64,000 nucleotides of DNA from Nemertoderma westbladi (lineage: Eukaryota; Animalia; Xenacoelomorpha). The notes below the pieces were generated by a model. It did no database searches, was not told where the DNA came from, and worked only from the letters and a program-made list of their open reading frames with translations. Shown piece by piece: positions 12,601 through 26,344 of the stretch (the first letter of the stretch is position 1; each line of letters opens with the position of its first letter). The translations under genes and the position numbers were made by a program. The DNA lies in the NCBI GenBank assembly GCA_032718475.1, contig JAUCBJ010001932.1, positions 2,108-66,107 of the forward strand, in the 5' to 3' direction.

Positions 12601-13750
12601 GAATTTTATTGTAAATATTGGTGCTTGGAAGTAAACTTAGATAAATCTAATGTTGTTGTTTTTGGTCACAAAGGTCGTCCATCGGCGGTGCAATTTTACT
12701 ACAATAACAAAGTGATGCCAAAAATTAATCAGTATACATATTTAGGTATTATCTTCACGGTATCTGGAAAATTTTATATTGCCCAAAGTAACATTGCAGA
12801 ACGAGGTAGTAGAGCATATTTTTCTTTACTAAAATACTTTGTACGATTTCCCCATGCTACTTTCGATTGTGCTATAAATTTATTCAACACTTTAGTGAAA
12901 CCTATTTTAATGTACGGTGCTGAAATTTGGGGTTTTGATACAGCTGATGATGTAGAAAGGGTACACTTACGGTTTCTGAAAAATTTTCTGGGTGTTAAAA
13001 AAAACTACTCCAAATTTTGCAGTATATGGAGAGACAGGTCAATTACCACTTATTTTCGAACGTCGATTCAGATTAGTTAAGTATTGGACCAGAATTATTA
13101 ATCTACCAAATACTAGGTTGGTGAAACAGGCTTATTTAATGTTGTGCAATGATTTGAATAACGTGCTAGATAGTAGTAGTAGTCATTTAACGCCAAAAAG
13201 TTGGGTTGTGCAATTAAGAGGAATACTAAATGATTTAGGATTTAGTTGGGCTTGGCAAAATCAGGATGTAGGTAATAGTGTTAATACTTTTCTATTCAAT
13301 GTAAAGCAACGTATCACTGATCAGTTTGTGCAATTTTGGAGATCAGAAGTAGCATCGTCCCCAAAAGGAAGATTTTATATAAAGGAAATATTCAAACCCT
13401 CGACTTACATTTACGTATTGAGTAATCATTTAGCGTTGCGCCGGCTTTTTGCGCAATTTAGATGCTCATCACACGGGCTGAGTATTGAAACGGGACGATG
13501 GTACGGTATAGCTAGGGACCAGCGAATTTGCAATATGTGCGATTCTAATTTAGTAGAAGACGAGTACCATTTTCTATTAGGTTGCACTTTTTATCACAGC
13601 CTGCGGTGCAGATACTTGGGTATGAGATATATGGTTTTCCCGAATTTTTTAAAATTTATTGAATTAATGCAAACTGACGATCCTACTAAAGTTTTGAATA
13701 TTGCGCGATATATTTTTCATGCATTTAAATTACGTGCAACTGTTAGCTAA
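9617..13750 (+). pseudogene. LINE ORF2 (APE endonuclease - reverse transcriptase - zinc finger), disrupted
   Basis: ORF pieces 9617-11035, 11596-13080 and 12992-13750. Disruptions: TAA at 11033-11035, insertion at 11142-11567, frameshift in the A-run near 13000. Confidence 0.9.
11142..11567. mobile_element. 426-bp non-autonomous insertion in LINE ORF2
   Basis: GTCAG duplicated (11137-11141 and 11568-11572); removal restores LERVS-DPKKFWKKL in frame. The right end CCTGGATCCGCCCCTG resembles a DNA-transposon terminus. Confidence 0.75.
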
Positions 13751-14290
13751 CTACTGTATACTAGTCTATTGGAAATGTTTAATTTACTGAAATTGTTGAT
13801 AATATTATGTATGTATATGTACAACAGGGGCTTTAAGTAGCCCGATCGTTGATTAATACTAATAATAAAAATAAATTAAAGTCGACGCAAAAATAAGGAT
13901 TGAAAGAGTCAATAACGATGTCATCAATTGTTACAGTGCGTGTTTTATGATCATATTTCACAACTTTACCTTGATTTTCGGGTTTCATGGCCTCAGCCGT
14001 TACCACGCCATGAAGTCTACCAAACTCAGCTCTGATTGATGGGTGTAGGCCTATATGGTTTCAGATTAACGTTTCCGAATATATCGTGACTCTTGAGGTT
14101 TTTAGCACAGACCAGCACTACTTTTCTGTCCACATCACCCATGCCAAATGGAAACAGTATTGGCCATGGTATAATGAATATCGGTCTGAATGATGTCTGT
14201 GCGTTGGTTTGTCTGTTAGTCAGTCTGTGTCTGTCGGTTGGTCTGTCTGTGTACATCAAGACATAATAAAGCACAGATGGCTAAAATGTT

Positions 14291-14945
14291 TGATATTGTT
14301 GTGTTCCTGAGTGGTGATTTCATCTACTGTAGCTACAACATTCCATATTGGGGAAGTCATTGTTGTGTTCCTGAGTGGTGATTTCACCTACTGTAGCTAA
14401 AACATCCCATATTGGGGTTTGATATTGTTGTGTTCCTGAGTGGTGATTTCACCTACTGTAGCTAAAACATTCCATATTGGGGTTGTCATTGTTGTGTTCC
14501 TGAGTGGTGATTCCACCTACTGTAGCTAAAACATTCCATATTGGGGTTTGATATTGTTGTGTTCCTGAGTGGTGATTTCACCTACTGTAGCTAAAACATT
14601 CCATATTGGGGTTTGATATTGTTGTGTTCCTGAGTGGTGATTTCACCTACTGTAGCTAAAACATTCCATATTGGGGTTTGATATTGTTGTGTTCCTGAGT
14701 TGTGATTTCACCTACTGTAGCTAAAACATTACATATTGGGGTTTGATATTGTTGTGTTCCTGAGTGGTGATTTCACCTACTGTAGCTAAAACATTCCATA
14801 TTGGGGTTTGATATTGTTGTGTTCCTGAGTGGTGATTTCACCTACTGTAGCTAAAACATTCCATATTGGGGTTTGATATTGTTGTGTTCCTGAGTGGTGA
14901 TTTCACCTACTGTAGCTAAAACATTCCATATTGGGGTTGTCATTT
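14291..14945. repeat. 64/65-bp tandem array, about 10 copies
   Basis: Unit gatattgttgtgttcctgagtggtgatttcacctactgtagctaaaacattccatattggggttt at 14421, 14485, 14550, 14615 and onward. Confidence 0.95.
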
Positions 14946-15749
14946 GCTGTGATTCTTTTAATAATACTGTTTTATTGAGGAAGGCAATAAAACGCTCGTC
15001 GACTCTCATAGCTTCAGTAAATCACATCGTCACATGACATAAAGATAAATGGCGTGACTTAACTGTATGAATAATACAACTGTATTAGCATGCGTTCTCC
15101 GATATAACTCCATATGATTGGTAGTACAGTACAATAGACTTGGTTAAAGTCACAGATTGCAGCCTCGGATAGTAATTTACGACTATTGAAAACTTCGACT
15201 ACTTCGAAGCGATATGATTACATTACCTACTACAGTACCTATGCAGTTGGTTAGTTAAACACGCTCCACGTGTCTTACATAATATTCGCACATATGTTAC
15301 ATGCGTAGACCTATATACAGTAGGCCTACATACAGTACAGTTATTACTTCACTACATTTATTCTAGGATATTTTTTGTATTTGTATGATATCCCTTAATA
15401 AAAGCTATAATTTTAATCAAACAAACGTTTTGATATTTGTACGAATTATTATATAACATTAAGTCTAATTGATTTAGGGAAACGCAATGAGAATATATAA
15501 GTAACAGCAAGCGCGATATTCTTTAACTTCAAATTAATATATTAAAGTACGTAAATACAATGAAATAATATACATAAGTTCTAAACGTTTCACACAAAAT
15601 CATCATCAGTAATAATGTACAAAATTTAGCCTAAATGTAGCATACTGCAAGGTTTGAATTTATAAGGTTGGCGCTAAAAAATACATAATAAAAAGACGGT
15701 TCTAAGCTACTGTATAAATCGCCTAAAAAACTGTAAAAATATTTACTTA

Positions 15750-18700
15750 GTTATAGAAATGGATGCGGGAGCTAATATGTTATAGAAAGGGATGCGGTAG
15801 CTAATATAGAAAGGGTTGCAGTAGCTAATATAGAAAGGGATGCGGTAGCTAATATAGAAAGGGATGCGGTAGCTAATATGTTATAGAAAGGGATGCGGTA
15901 GCTAATATAGAAAGGGATGCGGTAGCTAATATAGAAAAGGATGCGGTAGCTAATATGTTATAGAAAGGGATGCGGTAGCTAATATGTTATAGAAAGGGAT
16001 GCGGGAGCTAATATGTTATAGAAAGGGATGCGGTAGCTAATATGTTATAGAAAGGGATGCGGTAGCTATTATGTTATAGAAAGGGATGCGGTAGCTAATA
16101 TGTTATAGAAAGGGATGCGGTAGCTAATATGTTATAGAAAGGGATGCGGTAGCTAATATGTTATAGAAAGGGATCGGTAGCTAATATAGAAAGGGTTGCG
16201 GTAGCTAATATAGAAAGGGATGCGGTAGCTAATATGTTATAGAAAGGGATGTGGTAGCTAATATGTTATAGAAAGGGATGCGGTAGCTAATATAGAAAGG
16301 GATGCGATAGCTAATATGTTATAGAAAGGGATGCGGTAGCTAATATGTTATAGAAAGGGATGCGGTAGCTAATATAGAAAGGGATGCGATAGCTAATATG
16401 TTATAGAAAGGGATGTGGGAGCTAATATGTTATAGAAAGGGATGCGGTAGCTAATATGTTATAGAAAGGGATGTGGTAGCTAATATGTTATAGAAAGGGA
16501 TGCGGTAGCTAATATAGAAAGGGATGCGATAGCTAATATGTTATAGAAAGGGATGCGGTAGCTAATATGTTATAGAAAGGGATGCGGTAGCTAATATAGA
16601 AAGGGATGCGATAGCTAATATGTTATAGAAAGGGATGTGGGAGCTAATATGTTATAGAAAGGGATGCGGTAGCTAATATGTTATAGAAAGGGATGTGGTA
16701 GCTAATATGTTATAGAAAGGGATGCGGTAGCTAATATAGAAAGGGATGCGATAGCTAATATGTTATAGAAAGAGATGCGGTAGCTAATATGTTATAGAAA
16801 GGGATGCGATAGCTAATATGTTATAGAAAGGGATGTGGGAGCTAATATAGAAAGGGTTGCGGTAGCTAATATAGAAAGGGATGCGGTAGCTAATATGTTA
16901 TAGAAAGGGATGTGGTAGCTAATATGTTATAGAAAGGGATGCGGTAGCTAATATAGAAAGGGATGCGATAGCTAATATATTATAGAAAGGGATGTGGGAG
17001 CTAATATGTTATAGAAAGGGATGCGGTAGCTAATATAGAAAGGGATGCGATAGCTAATATGTTATAGAAAGGGATGTGGGAGCTAATATAGAAAGGGTTG
17101 CGGTAGCTAATATAGAAAGGGATGCGGTAGCTAATATGTTATAGAAAGGGATGTGGTAGCTAATATGTTATAGAAAGGGATGCGGTAGCTAATATAGAAA
17201 GGGTTGCGGTAGCTAATATAGAAAGGGATGCGGTAGCTAATATGTTATAGAAAGGGATGTGGTAGCTAATATGTTATAGAAAGGGATGCGGTAGCTAATA
17301 TAGAAAGGGATGCGATAGCTAATATGTTATAGAAAGGGATGTGGGAGCTAATATGTTATAGAAAGGGATGCGATAGCTAATATGTTATAGAAAGGGATGC
17401 GGTAGCTAATATGTTATAGAAAGGGATGCGGTAGCTAATATAGAAAGGGTTGCGGTAGCTAATATAGAAAGGGATGCGGTAGCTAATATGTTATAGAAAG
17501 GGATGTGGTAGCTAATATGTTATAGAAAGGGATGCGGTAGCTAATATAGAAAGGGATGCGGTAGCTAATATGTTATAGAAAGGGATGTGGTAGCTAATAT
17601 GTTATAGAAAGGGATGCGGTAGCTAATATGTTATAGAAAGGGATGCGGTAGCTAATATAGAAAGGGTTGCGGTAGCTAATATGTTATAGAAAGGGATGCG
17701 GTAGCTAATATAGAAAGGGATGCGGTAGCTAATATGTTATAGAAAGAGATGCGGTAGCTAATATGTTATAGAAATGGATGCGGTAGCTAATATAGAAAGG
17801 GATGCGATAGCTAATATGTTATAGAAAGGGATGTGGGAGCTAATATGTTATAGAAAGGGATGCGGTAGCTAATATGTTATAGAAAGGGATGCGGTAGCTA
17901 ATATGTTATATAAAGGGATGCGGTAGCTAATATAGAAAGGGTTGCGGTAGCTAATATAGAAAGGGATGCGGTAGCTAATATGTTATAGAAAGGGATGTGG
18001 TAGCTAATATGTTATAGAAAGGGATGCGGTAGCTAATATAGAAAGGGATGCGATAGCTAATATGTTATAGAAAGGGATGTGGGAGCTAATATGTTATAGA
18101 AAGGGATGTGGTAGCTATTATGTTATAGAAAGGGATGCGGTAGCTAATATGTTATAGAAAGGGATGCGGTAGCTAATATGTTATAGAAAGGGATGCGGTA
18201 GCTAATATGTTATAGAAAGGGATGCGGTAGCTAATATAGAAAGGGTTGCGGTAGCTAATATAGAAAGGGATGCGGTAGCTAATATGTTATAGAAAGGGAT
18301 GTGGTAGCTAATATGTTATAGAAAGGGATGCGGTAGCTAATATAGAAAGGGATGCGATAGCTAATATGTTATAGAAAGGGATGTGGGAGCTAATATGTTA
18401 TAGAAAGGGATGCGATAGCTAATATGTTATAGAAAGGGATGCGGTAGCTAATATGTTATAGAAAGGGATGCGGTAGCTAATATAGAAAGGGTTGCGGTAG
18501 CTAATATAGAAAGGGTTGCGGTAGCTAATATAGAAAGGGATGCGGTAGCTAATATGTTATAGAAAGGGATGTGGTAGCTAATATGTTATAGAAAGGGATG
18601 TGGTAGCTAATATGTTATAGAAAGGGATGCGGTAGCTAATATAGAAAGGGGTGCGGTAGCTAATATAGAAAGGGATGTGGTAGCTAATATGTTATAGAAA

Positions 18701-21700
18701 GGGATGCGGTAGCTATTATGTTATAGAAAGGGATGCGGTAGCTAATATGTTATAGAAAGGGATGCGGTAGCTAATATGTTATAGAAAGGGATGCGGTAGC
18801 TAATATGTTATAGAAAGGGATGCGGTAGCTAATATAGAAAGGGTTGCGGTAGCTAATATAGAAAGGGATGCGGTAGCTAATATGTTATAGAAAGGGATGT
18901 GGTAGCTAATATGTTATAGAAAGGGATGCGGTAGCTAATATAGAAAGGGGTGCGGTAGGTAATATGTTATAGAAAGGGATGCGGGAGCTAATATGATATA
19001 TAAAGGGATGCGGTAGCTAATATGTTATAGAAAGGGATGCGGTAGCTAATATAGAAAAGGATGCGGTAGCTAATATGTTATAGAAAGGGATGCGGTAGCT
19101 AATATAGAAAAGGATGCGGTAGGTAATATGTTATAGAAAGGGATGCGATAGCTAATATGTTATAGAAAGGGATGCGGTAGCTAATATGTTATAGAAAGGG
19201 ATGCGGTAGCTAATATGTTATAGAAAGGGATGCGGTAGCTAATATGTTATAGAAAGGGATGCGGTAGCTAATATAGAAAGGGTTGCGGTAGCTAATATAG
19301 AAAGGGATGCGGTAGCTAATATGTTATAGAAAGGGATGTGGTAGCTAATATAGAAAGGGGTGCGGTAGCTAATATAGAAAGGGATGTGGTAGCTAATATG
19401 TTATAGAAAGGGATGCGGTAGCTATTATGTTATAGAAAGGGATGCGGTAGCTAATATGTTATAGAAAGGGATGCGGTAGCTAATATGTTATAGAAAGGGA
19501 TGCGGTAGCTAATATGTTATAGAAAGGGATGCGGTAGCTAATATAGAAAGGGTTGCGGTAGCTAATATAGAAAGGGATGTGGTAGCTAATATGTTATAGA
19601 AAGGGATGCGGTAGCTATTATGTTATAGAAAGGGATGCGGTAGCTAATATGTTATAGAAAGGGATGCGGTAGCTAATATGTTATAGAAAGGGATGCGGTA
19701 GCTAATATGTTATAGAAAGGGATGCGGTAGCTAATATAGAAAGGGTTGCGGTAGCTAATATAGAAAGGGATGCGGTAGCTAATATGTTATAGAAAGGGAT
19801 GTGGTAGCTAATATGTTATAGAAAGGGATGCGGTAGCTAATATAGAAAGGGGTGCGGTAGGTAATATGTTATAGAAAGGGATGCGGTAGCTAATATAGAA
19901 AGGGGTGCGGTAGCTAATATAGAAAGGGATGCGGTAGCTAAGATGTTATAGAAAGGGATGTGGTAGCTAATATGTTTTAGAAAGGGATGTGGTAGCTAAT
20001 ATGTTATAGAAAGGGATGCGGTAGCTAATATAGAAAGGGGTGCGGTAGCTAATATAGAAAGGGATGTGGTAGCTAATATGTTATAGAAAGGGATGCGGTA
20101 GCTATTATGTTATAGAAAGGGATGCGGTAGCTAATATGTTATAGAAAGGGATGCGGTAGCTAATATGTTATAGAAAGGGATGCGGTAGCTAATATGTTAT
20201 AGAAAGGGATGCGGTAGCTAATATAGAAAGGGTTGCGGTAGCTAATATAGAAAGGGATGCGGTAGCTAATATGTTATAGAAAGGGATGTGGTAGCTAATA
20301 TGTTATAGAAAGGGATGCGGTAGCTAATATAGAAAGGGGTGCGGTAGGTAATATGTTATAGAAAGGGATGCGGGAGCTAATATGATATATAAAGGGATGC
20401 GGTAGCTAATATGTTATAGAAAGGGATGCGGTAGCTAATATAGAAAAGGATGCGGTAGCTAATATGTTATAGAAAGGGATGCGGTAGCTAATATAGAAAA
20501 GGATGCGGTAGGTAATATGTTATAGAAAGGGATGCGATAGCTAATATGTTATAGAAAGGGATGCGGTAGCTAATATGTTATAGAAAGGGATGCGGTAGCT
20601 AATATGTTATAGAAAGGGATGCGGTAGCTAATATGTTATAGAAAGGGATGCGGTAGCTAATATGTTATAGAAAGGGATGCGGTAGCTAATATGTTATAAA
20701 AAGGGATGCGGTAGCTAATATGTTATAGAAAGGGATGCGGTAGCTAATATGTTATAGAAAGGGATGCGGTAGCTAATATGTTATAGAAAGGGATGCGGTA
20801 GCTAATATGTTATAGAAAGGGATGCGGTAGCTAATATTTTATAGAAAGGGATGCGGTAGCTAATATGTTATAGAAAGGGATGCGGTAGCTAATATGTTAT
20901 AGATAGGGATGCGGTAGCTAATATGTTATAGAAAGGGATGCGGTAGCTAATATGTTATAGAAAGGGATGCGGTAGCTAATATGTTATAGAAAGGGATGCG
21001 TTAGCTATTATGTTATAGAAGGAATGCGGTAGCTAATATGTTATAGAAAGGGATGCGGTAGCTAATATGTTATAGAAAGGGATGCGGTAGCTAATATGTT
21101 ATAGAAAGGGATGCGGTAGCTAATATGTTATAGAATGGGATGCGGTAGCTAATATAGAAAAGGATGCGGTAGCTAATATGTTATAGAAAGGGATGCGGTA
21201 GCTAATATAGAAAAGGATGCGGTAGCTAATATGTTATAGAAAGGGATGCGGTAGCTAATATGTTATAGAAAGGGATGCGGTAGCTAATATAGAAGAGGAT
21301 GCGGTAGCTAATATGTTATAGAAAGAGATGCAGTAGCTCATATGTTATAGAAAGGGATGCGGTAGCTAATATGTTATAGAAAGGGATGTGGTAGCTAATA
21401 TGTTATAGAAAGGGATTCGGTAGCTAATATGTTATAGAAAGGGATGCGGTAGCTAATATGTTATAGAAAGGGATGCGGTAGCTAATATGATATAGAAAGG
21501 GATGCGGTAGCTAATATAGAAAAGGATGCGGTAGCTAATACTGTATGTTATAGAAAGGGATGCGGTAGCTAATATGTTATAGAAAGGGATGCGGTAGCTA
21601 ATATGTTATAGAAAGGGATGCGGTAGCTAATATGTTATAGAAAGGGATGTGGTAGCTAATATGTTATAGAAAGGGATGCGGTAGCTAATATGTTATAGAA

Positions 21701-24448
21701 AGGGATGCGGTAGCTAATATAGAAAAGGATGCGGTAGCTAATATGTTATAGAAAGGGATGCGTATCTAATATAGAAAAGGATGCGGTAGCTAATATGTTA
21801 TAGAAAGGGATACGGTAGCTAATATGTTATAGAAAGGGATGTGTTAGCTAATATAGAAAAGGATGCGGTAGCTAATATGTTATAGAAAGGGATGCGGTAG
21901 CTAATATGTTATAGAAATGGATGTGGTAGCTAATATGTTATAGAAAGGGATGCGGTAGCTAATATAGAAAAGGATGCGGTAGCTAATATGTTATAGAAAG
22001 GGATGCGGTAGCTAATATAGAAAAGGATGCGGTAGCTAATATGTTATAGAAAGGGATGCGGTAGCTAATATGTTATAGAAAGGGATGCGGTAGCTAATAT
22101 AAAAAAGGATGCGGTAGCTAATATGTTATAGAAAGGGATGAGGTAGCTAATATCTTATAGAAAGGGATGCTGTAGCTAATATGTTATAGAAAGGGATGCG
22201 GTAGCTAATATGTTATAGAAAGGGATGCGGTAGCTAATATAGAAAATGATGCGGTAGCTAATATGTTATAGAAAGGGATTCGGTAGCTAATATGTTATAG
22301 AAAGGGATGCGGTAGCTAATATAAAAAAGGATGCGGTAGCTAATATGTTATAGAAAGGGATGCGGTAGCTAATATCTTATAGAAAGGGATGCTGTAGCTA
22401 ATATGTTATAGAAAGGGATGCGGTAGCTAATATGTTATAGAAAGGGATGCGGTAGCTAATATGTTATAGAAAGGGATGCGGTAGCTAATATGTTATAGAA
22501 AGGGATGCGGTAGCTAATATGTTATAGAAAGGGATGCGGTAGCTAATATGTTATAGAAAGGGATGCGGTAGCTAATATGTTATAGAAAGGGATGCGGTAG
22601 CTAATATGTTATAGAAAGGGATGCAGTAGCTAATATGTTATAGAAAGGGATGCGGCAGCTAATATGTTATAGAAAGGGATGCGGTAGCTAATATAAAAAA
22701 GGATACGGTAGCTAATATGTTATAGAAAGGGATGCGGTAGCTAATATGTTATAGAAAGGGATGCGGTAGCTAATATGTTATAGAAAGGGATGCGGTAGCT
22801 AATATGTTATAGAAAGGGATGCGGTAGCTAATATGTTATAGAAAGGGATGCGGTAGCTAATATGTTATAGAAAGGGATGCGGTAGCTAATATGTTATAGA
22901 AAGGGATGCGGTAGCTAATATGTTATAGAAAGGGATGCGGTAGCTAATATGTTATAGAAAGGGATGCGGCAGCTAATATGTTATAGAAAGGGATGCGGTA
23001 GCTAATATAAGAAAGGGATGCGGTAGCTAATATGTTATAGAAAGGGATGCGGTAGCTAATATGTTATAGAAAGGGATGCGGTAGCTAATATGTTATAGAA
23101 AGGGATGCGGTAGCTAATATGTTATAGAAAGGGATGCGGTAGCTAATATGTTATAGAAAGGGATGCGGTAGCTAATATGTTATAGAAAGGGATGCGGTAG
23201 CTAATATGTTATAGAAAGGGATGCGGTAGCTAATATGTTATAGAAAGGGATGCGGTAGCTAATATGTTATAGAAAGGGATGCGGTAGCTAATATGTTATA
23301 GAAAGGGATGCGGTAGCTAATATGTTATAGAAAGGGATGCGGTAGCTAATATGTTATAGAAAGGGATGCGGCAGCTAATATGTTATAGAAAGGGATGCGG
23401 TAGCTAATATAGAAAAGGATGCGGTAGCTAATATGTTATAGAAAGGGATGCGGTAGCTAATATGTTATAGAAAGGGATGCGGTAGCTAATATGTTATAGA
23501 AAGGGATGCGGTAGCTAATATGTTATAGAAAGGGATGCGGTAGCTAATATGTTATAGAAAGGGATGCGGTAGCTAATATGTTATAGAAAGGGATGCGGCA
23601 GCTAATATGTTATAGAAAGGGATGCGGTAGCTAATATAAAAAAGGATACGGTAGCTAATATGTTATAGAAAGGGATGCGGTAGCTAATATGTTATAGAAA
23701 GGGATGCGGTAGCTAATATGTTATAGAAAGGGATGCGGTAGCTAATATGTTATAGAAAGGGATGCGGTAGCTAATATGTTATAGAAAGGGATGCGGTAGC
23801 TAATATGTTATAGAAAGGGATGCGGTAGCTAATATGTTATAGAAAGGGATGCGGTAGCTAATATGTTATAGAAAGGGATGCGGTAGCTAATATAAAAAAG
23901 GATGCGGTAGCTAATATGTTATAGAAAGGGATGCGGTAGCTAATATGTTATAGAAAGGGATGCGGTAGCTAATATGTTATAGAAAGGGATGCGGTAGCTA
24001 ATATGTTATAGAAAGGGATGCGGTAGCTAATATGTTATAGAAAGGGATGCGGTAGCTAATATGTTATAGAAAGGGATGCGAGTAGCTAATATGTTATAGA
24101 AAGGGATGCGGTAGCTAATATGTTATAGAAAGGGATGCGGTAGCTAATATGTTATAGAAAGGGATGCGGTAGCTAATATGTTATAGAAAGGGATGCGGTA
24201 GCTAATATGTTATAGAAAGGGATGCGGTAGCTAATATAAAAAGGGATGCGGTAGCTAATATGTTATAGAAAGGGATGCGGTAGCTAATATCTTATAGAAA
24301 GGGATGCGGTAGCTAATATGTTATAGAAAGGGATGCGGTAGCTAATATGTTATAGAAAGGGATGCGGTAGCTAATATGTTATAGAAAGGGATGCGTAGCT
24401 AATATGTTATAGAAAGGGATGCGGTAGCTAATATGTTATAGAAAGGGA
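15750..24448. repeat. 8.7-kb satellite of 29-bp and 24-bp monomers
   Basis: Monomer atgttatagaaagggatgcggtagctaat (29 bp), plus a variant lacking 5 nt (24 bp). Confidence 0.98.
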
Positions 24449-24707
24449 TAATAATAATAATATTGGTTATTTATATAGCGCTTTTCTACGCTCAGCATAT
24501 TCAAAGCGATTTTATTATCATTACCCCAGCAAAGCTAGTTTCCCATTATACCGCTGGGTTGACGTAGGCACTAATGACTAAAGTGTCTTGCCTTGGGACA
24601 CAACAGTGCGAAATTTCTACAGCCTTTATTCTGATTCGAACCTGCGCCACCAAACACTATTGTGTAAGCAGTTCAGGCGCCGTATCCACTCGGTCACTGC
24701 GACACTG
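24449..24707 (-). mobile_element. tRNA-derived SINE with L2/CR1-type 3' tail
   Basis: Minus strand has B-box-like GGTTCGAATC, body gtgtccc..ggcaagacacttta, and tail aaagcgctatataaat...(ATT)n; inserted in the satellite end. Confidence 0.7.
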
Positions 24708-25369
24708 CGGGATGCGGTAGCTAATATAGAAAAGGATGCGGTAGCTAATATGTTATAGAAAGGGATGCGGTACCTAATAAGTTTAAGTGCTAATATCCCA
24801 CGTGGACGATTGAAAACACTTGACTACTTACCGACCGGTATTTGAACGCCTTTACCGTAAATGTAAAACACGAACCTAATCTGATAGGTCAAGAACGATT
24901 TAAAACTAAACTCAAAGACATTGCAATGGCGGTAGCATACCCTTACCAATCCCGTACGCAACCCTTTCTATCTAAGGATGAACTACTCGCATTGAAGTCA
25001 CTCTCCAAGAATTCTGATCTGGTCATCAACCGGGCAGACAAAGGCAACGCGGTCGTGGTTCAAAACAAATCGAATTATCTGTTTTGGACAAACGGCGACG
25101 AATCAAGGGTTACTTTTGTATTGTTTAATTTAATTTGTTTATTTTGTTTATTAATTTAAATTGTTTAATTAACCACACCGAGTTTAACGACCTACGTTCC
25201 TCATTCGTTCCACGCATATTAGTTTTTAACCATTTTAATACGTCACATTTTATTTCAGTTTCGGGACTCAGACTCAAACAGACTTTTATGGATTTTATAT
25301 GGATTTTAAATATTTTGTTCTGTCACATATTGTCATACCTTTTACTTAAAGCCTTATATCTGTCGTAAT

Positions 25370-25479
25370 GGTGACCGGACACCCCCCCCCCCCCCCCCCA
25401 GGACACTCCCCCCTCTTATGGGGGGGCTCTCCGGGTGGGGGGTGGGGGGGGGGGAGGTGGGGGGGGTTGTCCTAGATCA
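25370..25479. mobile_element. 110-bp C-run/G-run mini-insertion with 8-bp duplication
   Basis: GTCGTAAT at 25362-25369 and 25480-25487; imperfect inverted ends GGACACCCC / GGGGTTGTCC. Confidence 0.5.
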
Positions 25480-25825
25480 GTCGTAATTCGTGCGAATTCA
25501 TTTATGTCTATTACGTGCATTTTATAATTGTTTTTATTGTCAGTTTATCTGAATTGAATTGTAGAAGATGAAAAAGATCTTGAAGGACAAATCTAAACTC
25601 CTGCCACTAAAGGAGACACAGGAGGTACAATGTAATACATAATAGAGTAATACATAACATAGATAATAATACGTGATACCTTTAACAGATTAGCACCCAC
25701 AGGTACTCAACTAGCTCGACTATTTGGACTTCTAAAAATCCATAAATACGGTACTCCATTACGGCCCATTCTTTCTGCTATAAACAGAACTACTTACAGA
25801 CTATCGAAATATTTTCGTTTACCAT

Positions 25826-25912
25826 AACTTACACCTGCCGTTACCAGCCCTTACTACTTACACCTGCCGTTACCAGCCCTTACTACTTACACCTGCCGTT
25901 ACCAGCCCTTAC
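25826..25912. repeat. 29-bp tandem triplication inside the Penelope fragment
   Basis: acttacacctgccgttaccagcccttact x3. Confidence 0.9.
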
Positions 25913-26344
25913 ACGCTCACAGACACATTCTCCTTCAATGACGGTCTATATAAACTCAAATTTAACAAGAAAATGCACATTTGCAGATTTGAAGTTAATC
26001 TTTATTTTCTACAGTAATATCCCACTGGACGAAACCATAGACATTATCATTAAACAATTATTAAATTAATTAATACATTAAATATAACATTGTAAATAAT
26101 GATAACATGACAACAAAATCTTGTCAAGTTTACTGCTATATTGACAAACTAAACTTAACATATTTACAATGTTTATTGTCAATGCGTGTATGGACGCCCT
26201 ATACAATACAGTCACCAAGGGTAACTAAACATTAAAGTTGTGATGAAAAAGCGTAAAAGAAAATTCACAGTCCGCCTTTCCAAATGTACAGCATAACTGG
26301 AAAGACAATGATAGGCCTATTTTTACAAAAGTACAGCCTTCTGA

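Larger units (their letters stand above)
7980..13880 (+). mobile_element. Near full-length APE-type LINE (RTEX/L2-like) with ORF1 and ORF2
   Basis: ORF1 region, then APE (NVEG, ETWL, GDLNAR, IDY, SHH), RT (YRGITL, QGESLSP, FADD) and C-terminal SH.L.IETGR..RIC..C...EDEYHF..C; short 3' UTR with A/TAA-rich tail. The 5' boundary is approximate. Confidence 0.85.
14066..25548. repeat. Composite unit copy 1 (65-bp array, spacer, 29-bp satellite, SINE, Penelope fragment)
   Basis: Colinear with 58074-63271; both begin ttaacgtttccgaatatatcg and end tgtcagtttat. Confidence 0.9.
24790..26060 (+). pseudogene. Penelope-like RT fragment, interrupted at ~25081-25563
   Basis: LSKDELLALKSL..DLVINRADKGNAVVV, then ARLFGLLKIHKYGTPLRPILSA..TYRLSKY and later NIPLDETIDII; these are Penelope RT motifs. 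Confidence 0.8.
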
